Of a stretch of 64,000 bases of DNA, positions 56,901-64,000 are shown piece by piece. The notes under the pieces were generated by a model that ran no database searches, was not told the DNA's origin, and saw only the letters and a list, made by a program, of their open reading frames with translations. Position 1 is the stretch's first letter; the number at the start of each line of letters is the position of its first letter. This DNA is from Bugula neritina (Eukaryota > Animalia > Bryozoa), in assembly GCA_964035545.1 (NCBI GenBank), contig OZ037770.1, positions 3,194,662 through 3,258,661 of the forward strand, written 5' to 3'. Position numbers and translations under genes: made by a program.

Positions 56901-59432
56901 CATATAAGAATTCAGTACCAGTAAAATAAAATCTCACCTAATTGTGCTAGAGTCAAAATTTAAAACTATGTTGTAGATTTTTTTTTCTCCAGTGTAACTT
57001 TTTTAGAAATTTCAATTTTCATATTTTTTGCAAAGTTATAGACAAAAAACTGCCCAATTTTGCCTGAAAAGCTGACTTTTCAGTACCGGTGAAATATCTC
57101 AGCAGCATAACATGATATCTGAATAAAAATTGCACTGCTGGAATCCTGAGATATGTCTCCAGTGTAAGTTTTTTTCCCAATAACTCTTCTAGATTGCCCA
57201 TAAATTGGTGATTTATGCACTAAAAATGCCATATTTTTTCATAGTAAATTAGCAGCGCGCAGTGCTTCACGCTTCAATGAGCATGTAGGGATGTGAAAAT
57301 ATTGGCGGTACATGCTAATTACAGGCTTGCTAGCTGGCAGGCTATTATAAATAGCTTGCTTTGTACTTTGTTTATGTAGCGCCTATAATGGAATGTTGAT
57401 AGATAACGCAGCCCTAATGCAGGTTGCTGCTTATTGGTCGTAGTTTAATCTTAGGCTAAACAATTGCAAGTAGGCAACACGCATGCCACCCGCAGAGCAG
57501 TATTATTCAAGAACCTAAACTAGATTTTGAGAGAAGTTTATGATATTCTTAATGAGGATGCCCTTAACTATCCTGTGAGTGCTCCCACTTGTCGTACATC
57601 AAGCAAACCTTCAAAGTGGTTTTCAAGTGCTCAAGCCGAAGGTTCTGGCGGGCCTTGCAGCCTGCTAACTCTCTTTGGGGCTTGCCACTCTGGAGAGGGC
57701 TGCATCCTTACCCGATTGGCTTTGAGCCTTGGCCTTGGCCTCGGAGGGTTAAACTGAAGCCCACGGTCGGCGGAGTCTACCATAGGCTGTTTCTGTTTAA
57801 CTGCCTCCTTCTACCACGGGGGCAGCTTCAGACGGAATGCCCACCGTTATCACATATTTTGACAGCTGCTGGCGGCCTGGTGGGTCGCTCAGCTGTCGAC
57901 TGTTGGCTGTTTGGCTAACAGCTCGCGAACCAAGCTTGCGGTCAAGCTGGTTAGCTCGTTGGCTGCCACCGTGGCGACATATGCAGTCGTCTTGGCCGGC
58001 GTTGTCGACCTCAACAAGTCGTCGTTGGCCTCAACCTGCTGCACTGTCGTCCTAGGCCGGCATGTACTGTTGGCTTGGAAAAAAGCATTTCCAAGCCTGA
58101 AAGCTCGCTCAATGGTCTCAACCTCAACTACCAGCAAGTGTTGCTTCAGCCCTAGGTTGTTAATAGACTGGAGGAAAGCATCTAGTGCCAAACTCTGCCG
58201 ACCATTCACAGGCAAGTCCCCATAAGCGACTTGTGCTAGCTGTTCTACTACGATTGCGTGCTTGCAAGGTAGTCTAAAGATTTCTCTCAAGTCGTTGGAG
58301 CTGCACATGAGCATCTCAAGCAATCAGCCTAAACCGGGCTCTCAATGCCTCGAAAATATCTCCGACGTCCTGACCTATCCCATAGGGTTTAGCCGGCCCT
58401 ATCAGAAACAACCATAGATGGATCAGAGTAATCCTAGGAGGCCATCGACAAATGGCTCCCACATCACTGAACTGAGTAATAAATTGCTCCACATCCTCTT
58501 TCCCTGAGAAGATGGGAGCACGTAAATGATACCTGTCCATAGGCAGTGTGGGCCGCCTATGTCGTCTTCCATCGCTACCAGTTCCTGACGGGGTATGTCC
58601 TTGTCGTCGGCCATCTTTTAATCCCTGGCTAGGAGTATTTGCAATAAGAAAGATCCCACCACTGCCACCATTGTGTGAATCTACCATTCCCTATAATTAG
58701 TGGATCTACTCATTCAAAGGCACTTCACCAGGTTTATCACGAATTGAATAGAATTTATTATTTACGAATTATACAGCAATAAAAGTTACTAACACTAATG
58801 CACACGATTACATAATAGAGAGTGATTTATACACAACTTTACATGATGAAGATCCAATCCACTGTGCCAGCTAACCGAGCAGTTAACTACTAGCACAAGC
58901 TATTCATACCTCCTACTAAGCTGATTGGCTATTTACTAACGCTAGCTATAATTCCTAATTGACTAGTCCTGCCTTGTTTCACTGCGTACATTGGTAGCTA
59001 GTAATAATTGTCCAGCCAAGTATAAGAGAGACGATATGCATTACGATTGGCAGCGATTACGATAATTAATCTGCTGCAATTGTAGACATCGTGCCATGAT
59101 GCGTATAGGGAGTAAGCCACGAGGAGTTGTCCTTTCATTAAAAACAATAACGATACCAAATCTTTACAATACTCGGGCTCTGACTTACAGACAGGATGAG
59201 AACAAAGAATTTTTTTTGTATAAAAGAAGGCGTCCTCGCAGTGTAAGGTCAGTCTACTACTGGAACTCGCTGGGTCAAGACTACCCTTTTAAAGCATCCA
59301 CTCGACAATAAAGATATATCCACAGTCTACCACTACTACATCTTTTTCTTACTATATTGGAGTTATGCTCCCAACAAAACTGCTACAATACTTACTGAGA
59401 ATAATGATGCTGATTAGGTTAATAAACTTCAT
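47598..59432 (-). CDS. RGM/hemojuvelin-like GPI-anchored protein, 12 exons, ~860 aa: signal peptide, 8-Cys module with mucin insert, GDPH vWF-D domain, Cys-rich C-terminal region, GPI signal
   Basis: Exons 59432-59396, 54859-53710, 53246-53101, 52834-52570, 52382-52247, 51635-51435, 50362-50248, 49509-49422, 48961-48864, 48471-48344, 48035-47979, 47759-47598. All GT-AG, 2583 nt, open. Key motifs: [24 protein letters not shown]; CGLEWW; [44 protein letters not shown]; [14 protein letters not shown]; [14 protein letters not shown]; hydrophobic C-terminus. The exon 5 donor (gtcggc) is weak. Confidence 0.85.
47766..47925. repeat. (TA)n tract filling most of the last intron of the RGM-like gene
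   Basis: Read directly. Confidence 0.95.
51205..51395 (-). mobile_element. tRNA-derived SINE with a V-SINE-like central domain
   Basis: Minus strand reads GAGCAGCCGTGGTCTAGGGGTTAA (A-box) ... GGTTCGAACC (B-box), then TTGGTGATGTTAGGAAGAGCATCCAGTCATAA, which resembles the V-domain GGAAGGGCATCCGG motif. A degenerate second copy lies at ~11718-11900. Confidence 0.65.
53984..54650 (-). repeat. Coding minisatellite (30-39 bp units) encoding a mucin-like [17 protein letters not shown] repeat
   Basis: Roughly 20 tandem units of gtagttggtgtaggtgtttggcttct(ata)agga inside exon 2 of the RGM-like gene; all length variation is in multiples of 3. Confidence 0.95.
56838..57579. mobile_element. Non-autonomous DNA transposon nested in the Gypsy gag-pol region
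   Basis: Terminal inverted repeats CTCACAGGATAGTTAAGGGCA / TGCCCTTAACTATCCTGTGAG around an AT-rich interior. Possible 3-bp TSD TGT/TGC. Confidence 0.8.
58652..58670 (-). other. Primer-binding site complementary to the 3' end of tRNA-Leu
   Basis: TGGTGGCAGTGGTGGGATC lies 1 nt inside the LTR. It resembles the complement of the eukaryotic tRNA-Leu 3' end (...ATCCCACCGCTGCCACCA). Confidence 0.8.
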
Positions 59433-60839
59433 TCTTTTAGAATAACAAACAGCTGATTGAACCTGTAAAAAAACAAGTGATATACTTCTTCAAAAAAAAT
59501 AAATAAATTGGCATAATATTTTTACACAGGCAGTCCTTATGCATTTTGGTGTTTAATTCAAATGAGTATTTTAGCATTTTTAAAATAAGTTTTCTTTTAT
59601 AGTTTAGTGCCAGCTTAAAATTTAAAATAATGCTTGTCAAAAAAAACTCTGCAAATTAGTTTTTTTTCAATGCTATAGCTTCAAAGATTATAGCCTGAAT
59701 TTAGTAAAACTGATGAAGCAATTTAAAAAAAACTCTAATTGTTACTCCTTAACCTTTGACTGTTGTAATTTTAAATATTCAAGAATGAGTAATAAACTAT
59801 ATTTCACACAGTGTTTACAATGCAGCATAAATAGATTATCTATTCACTACTTGTCATATGCAGACAGCTTGACGTTGCATGCTCAAATAAAACTTTTTTT
59901 AAAATAACTTTTTGCACATGCAATGATGGCCTTTTAAGTAAGAGTGCAAAATTCAAACTATTACTATTAGGCTAGCTATATACTAGATTGTGTGATGTAG
60001 CAGCTAAAAGTAGCAAACATACAATGAAAGTTAACAATAATTTTTATTAGCTTTGAGAAAATAATTTATCACGGAACAAAAATTGCTTACTGTTTCTGAA
60101 TGTAATATTTAAAAAACTCAACAACTTATCAGTTGTAAAAAAACAACCACCTCAAATCAAAATTGCTTTTGTTTGCAAATTGATTGCTTTGAAGGCTCAC
60201 CTGTAAGTCACTATACTTCAAAGTTTGCGTCAAAACTTAAAAAGATTGCAGGACCAGCTGCAACCCATATTTCGATATATTATTCTTGCAACATGCAATT
60301 CGAAGTATTTATTTTAAAGTTATTATGTAAAGAATTTATGCAATTTATCTATTTCAAATATAAATTGATTGTTATTATGCTATAGGTTTCTAATGCAGCA
60401 ATATAAAATATATTAAATAACATATTTTCTTGTAATTTGATTAATAAAAACACTGATTATCTTTACCTAATAATATAGCAAATTAATCTTCAAACTTCAG
60501 AAAGTAATGTACAAAAGCCGTTATTATTTTATTTAAATTAAAAATTCAGAAATATTGACTTTTGAATCTCCAATGTGATTTCAATCAAAGTTAACAACAG
60601 TAAAGAAGCCTCATATAGGCAAATTTGTTGAGGCTTCCAAAATGAAGCAATTATAGGCTACAATTACCCTATTTAAATCTTTTGACTGAATCTAACTTTT
60701 GATTGAATTACAGGCTTTTCTACTAATACTAACATGTCAAGATATAAATGCATCTATTTGTGTAGATGTATGTGCATGTGGATATGTTATATATGTATTA
60801 TATATGATGTAAATGCACGTATGTATGTAAAAGCACACA

Positions 60840-60962
60840 TGTGCATATATGTGTGTGTGTGTGTGCATATGTGTGTGTGTGTGTGCATATGTGTGTGTGT
60901 GTGTGCATATGTGTGTGTGTGTGCATATGTGTGTGCGTGTGTGCGTGTGTGTGTGTGTGTGT

Positions 60963-61008
<46 letters not shown>
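60840..61008. repeat. (TG)n microsatellite
   Basis: Read directly. Confidence 0.95.
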
Positions 61009-61011
<3 letters not shown>

Positions 61012-61459
61012 AACTTGATATCACATAGTATTGTCTGAATTATATTTATATTGTAAAATAATAAAATTATATGACATAGCGCTATTGGTTTCAGCAAAAT
61101 AAAACATAATAATATAATTTGAGATCAAACGTATTATATTATAAATACTAGAATATAAAATTTTAAGGAAATTGCATTGTGATACAATAATGAGTTTGCA
61201 ATGAGTCATATAATAATATAAATGTCAAGTTATACTGAGCAAAATGTTTAAAAAGGCACTAGAGCTAGTCTATCCAAAAAACTATAAGAACTGAAGACCT
61301 GAAACTACATAGCGTAGACTATATTATTATAATTAGAAGTACTAATATTCCAGCTTGTCTTTAAAGGAGCTATATTTATAGATACAAAATTAACTTTAGC
61401 ACAATATAGCCTATACTTGAATGATTACCGATGCAGTTTTTGCAAAAGAAAAAATAAAA

Positions 61460-61632
61460 ACTGCTACTGCCATACTGCTACTGATACTGCTACTGCTATA
61501 CTGCTCTGATACTGATACTGCTATACTGCTACTGAAACTGCTACTGCTACTGCTATACTGATACTGCTACTGCCATACTGCTACTGATACTGCTACTGCT
61601 ATACTGCTCTGATACTGATACTGATACTGCTA
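61460..61632. repeat. (TACTGC/TACTGA)n hexamer repeat
   Basis: Read directly. Confidence 0.92.
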
Positions 61633-61840
61633 GGGATGTGTGACAGTTGTAGACTACACAAGGCTCCAACCGCTTCTTAAACCATACAAGCTGAGCCATC
61701 ATTTCCATAAATATACCTCCAGAATTGGTATCACCATGGCACATTATAGCCAAGGCCACAATGGATCCATTATAGTTAGATGATTCTAAGAAGTCCTTTA
61801 TGATCATTTGGGTGGCTGATGAGTTTTCTGTTTCAGTTAC
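61632..61840 (-). pseudogene. Caspase p20-like pseudo-exon
   Basis: After an AG acceptor: VTETENSSATQMIIKDFLESSNYNGSIVALAIMCHGDTNSGGI, then a frameshift to YGNDGSACMV*EAVGALCSLQLSHIP. This resembles the caspase SHG...IYGxDG...L.GKPK segment. The 3' end runs into a microsatellite. Confidence 0.6.
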
Positions 61841-62855
61841 CTATCACAGCTATAAAGGAACAAAGTATAAATAATATTTTTTGTACAAGAATATTTCGTT
61901 GTTAATTTTTTTCATTATTTTTTGTGTTTTTTATTTCAATTCTTATTATATTTTCCTATATCTGAGGACAGCCACTGAAAATAAATCCGCCATAGCTGAC
62001 CTCTGACCTTATATATATATATATATGTGAAGCAGAATAGTGATAAGTTACAACTGACAAGCTATAAAAATCTTGAATGTGGCATCATATATACACACAC
62101 TATTTTTATATATATTGTCGTAAGTTTTGTTGTTTAATTGGTGATTGTTGATTTGCTTTTTTTTAATGTAGCTTTTGTTTTGTTTTACGATAATGAAATT
62201 TTAATTGCTTCAAAGTTGTAAAACATTGCCAAAAATGTAGGCATGCAGCTCAAGTCATACAAATTTATTTTTCAATAATAATAAAACGGCACAAAAAAAT
62301 AAATATATTTTATAATCTAAACTGAGTTGCATCACTTGATCAATGTATAATCGCAACACATTGAAAATAAACAATTTTGTTGATAATATAAAATCAGGTA
62401 TAAAAGTGATGTTCAACTCCGCAAGCATAAACGTATAGAGTATATTGAACATAATAAAACAGTTTTTCAAATACATAAATTAGAGTATAAGTAACAAAAT
62501 ACCATATTTCACAGAAATGTATATATACCTTGAATTAGCAATTTTTATGACAATCATGATATTAATTACTTTTCATTAACTGCAGCATGATAAAGATGCT
62601 CTGAAAATATTATTTTTGTTTCATTATGGCAGAACCTATAATTTTAGCATAAAGTCTCTAAAATTTAGAAACACACATGGAAGGTAAAAGTTGACAAAAA
62701 ATATGCATTAAATTTTTTGATGAGGGTGTAAAAATTTATTTTAAAAAATGTATTTGTCTTTCCTGAATATATCGCCACTAATTAACATTTTGTGCTGTGC
62801 AGTTTCAAGTTATGTATTGATATAAAATAAGTCAGCGGGTAAAAAAACAGGTTGT

Positions 62856-63763
62856 TTAACTAAATATTGCTGCCACAGCTGCAATCATCATCACACAGGT
62901 CAGCATGGTTGTAGGTTTGTCTGCTCCTGAATTTTCGTTTTCAACTCTATTGAAGTCCTCTAAGATGCTATCGTCGTCGCTTTCAATCTCTTCCTGCATG
63001 CCCGCAACATCAATAAACGTTTCGGCTACCTGCAATCAATAAACAGATATCACATTACATATTACATCACATTAAACTCACATTATATAGCACCATATTT
63101 TATTATATAATGTACATTATTTTACATTACATTACATCTAATTTACATGCTATAACTACATAATAATATTAGGCTAAAGTTGCATCATGTTTGTATTACA
63201 TTGCATCATATTGCATTTACACTACTGTATGTTTAAAACCATCAGCATTGTATTGCATTCAAAATGGCATCAACTAAAGTTCTTTTAATAATTATTTTAG
63301 GATAAATAAAACTTTCAGTAAAAATGCACTATATATAATTATATTTGCTACAACAATATAAATCATAATTACATTGATTCGAATAAAATAGAAAAGCCAG
63401 AAACTAACAGTGTTGGCTATAAGATATACATGTTATGTTATGGGTAATGGTTAGTTGTACTGAATATATTCATTCGGTAATGCTTTTGATTCTAATAAAC
63501 CTGACAAATTGCAGCAAAAAATAAATATTAATTGTGGTAGAAAACTAATAAAATGCATTTATTTGAGACATGGCCAGACTATTGAAGGATATGTTGGTAA
63601 CTGATGAAATTATAGCAGCTTTTACAAAATGGTAGTTATCTCCTCCCACTCACCTCAATGTCCCCTGTGACCTGGCAGTCAAAGACACACGCATCCCGGT
63701 ACAAGGAGTTGATACCAGTGCAGGCGCTTTCACATTCTTCCGTACTTCTTTTCTTTCTTTTGG
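62856..63763 (-). CDS. Last two exons of a second RGM-like GPI-anchored gene (5' part lies beyond the window)
   Basis: Exon 63763-63654 encodes KRKKRSTEECESACTGINSLYRDACVFDCQVTGDIE, homologous to exon 48471-48344 with the same phases. Exon 63029-62856 encodes VAETF...ENSGADKPTTMLTCVMMIAAVAAIFS*, a GPI-like signal. Confidence 0.8.
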
Positions 63764-64000
63764 CTAAAAACAAGGCAACAATATTTTATTAATATGAACC
63801 GAAGTCAAATACAACAAATATCGCAGCTAGTTTAAAAGATTTTTTCATATAGATAAATAAAATAGACTTTAAAGCGCGCTTTACAGTTTAAATCAAGCGA
63901 CTATATAAATTTATTTGATCTAGCTTTTCACAACATAATCGACTGTTGATTATCTTCTAAAAGTTATAATCTTGATTTGTATTATGCAAAACAGGTATAT

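Larger units (their letters stand above)
55110..59168 (-). mobile_element. Degenerate, 3'-truncated Ty3/Gypsy LTR retrotransposon in intron 1 of the RGM-like gene
   Basis: 5' LTR 59168-58672 (TGT...ACA) and PBS; gag-like fragments (58687-57750); aspartic protease LLDTGCT (56748-56344); RT motifs [20 protein letters not shown] and VKYLGHVV. Multiple stops and frameshifts. No RNase H, integrase or 3' LTR seen. Confidence 0.92.

Noticed and set aside
47598-59432. Assigning a gene symbol such as RGMA, HJV or drag-1
   Set aside because: The similarity is at family level and judged by eye, the N-terminus is much expanded, and at least two paralogs exist, so orthology cannot be established here.
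60734-61097. Cys/Val- and His/Thr-rich ORFs
   Set aside because: They are translations of the (TG)n microsatellite.

Overview
AT-rich, intron-containing animal (probably invertebrate) genomic DNA; it is not prokaryotic, so most ORF-track entries are exon fragments or microsatellite noise. I assembled gene models by hand from GT-AG junctions. The window is a cluster of one gene family that appears related to repulsive guidance molecule (RGM)/hemojuvelin. The + strand carries seven tandem copies of a ~340-370 aa, 8-cysteine module plus a remnant of an eighth. Copies 1-2 are secreted forms. Copies 3, 4 and 6 add a GPI-signal exon. Copy 5 is intact but lacks its promoter and signal-peptide exon. 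Copy 7 also lacks exon 1 and has two nonsense codons. Converging on them from the - strand is a 12-exon gene (59432-47598, ~860 aa): the same 8-Cys module with identical intron phases, a Thr/Pro mucin insert, an RGM-type vWF-D domain with the GDPH autocleavage motif, and a GPI signal. The 3' end of a second RGM-like gene with an RKKR furin site enters at the right edge. Also present: a truncated Ty3/Gypsy element (LTR, tRNA-Leu PBS, gag/pro/RT), two solo LTRs, several MITE families, tRNA-derived SINEs, a caspase-like pseudo-exon, perfect palindromes and long TA tracts at duplication junctions. All homology calls come from motif recognition by eye, not database searches.
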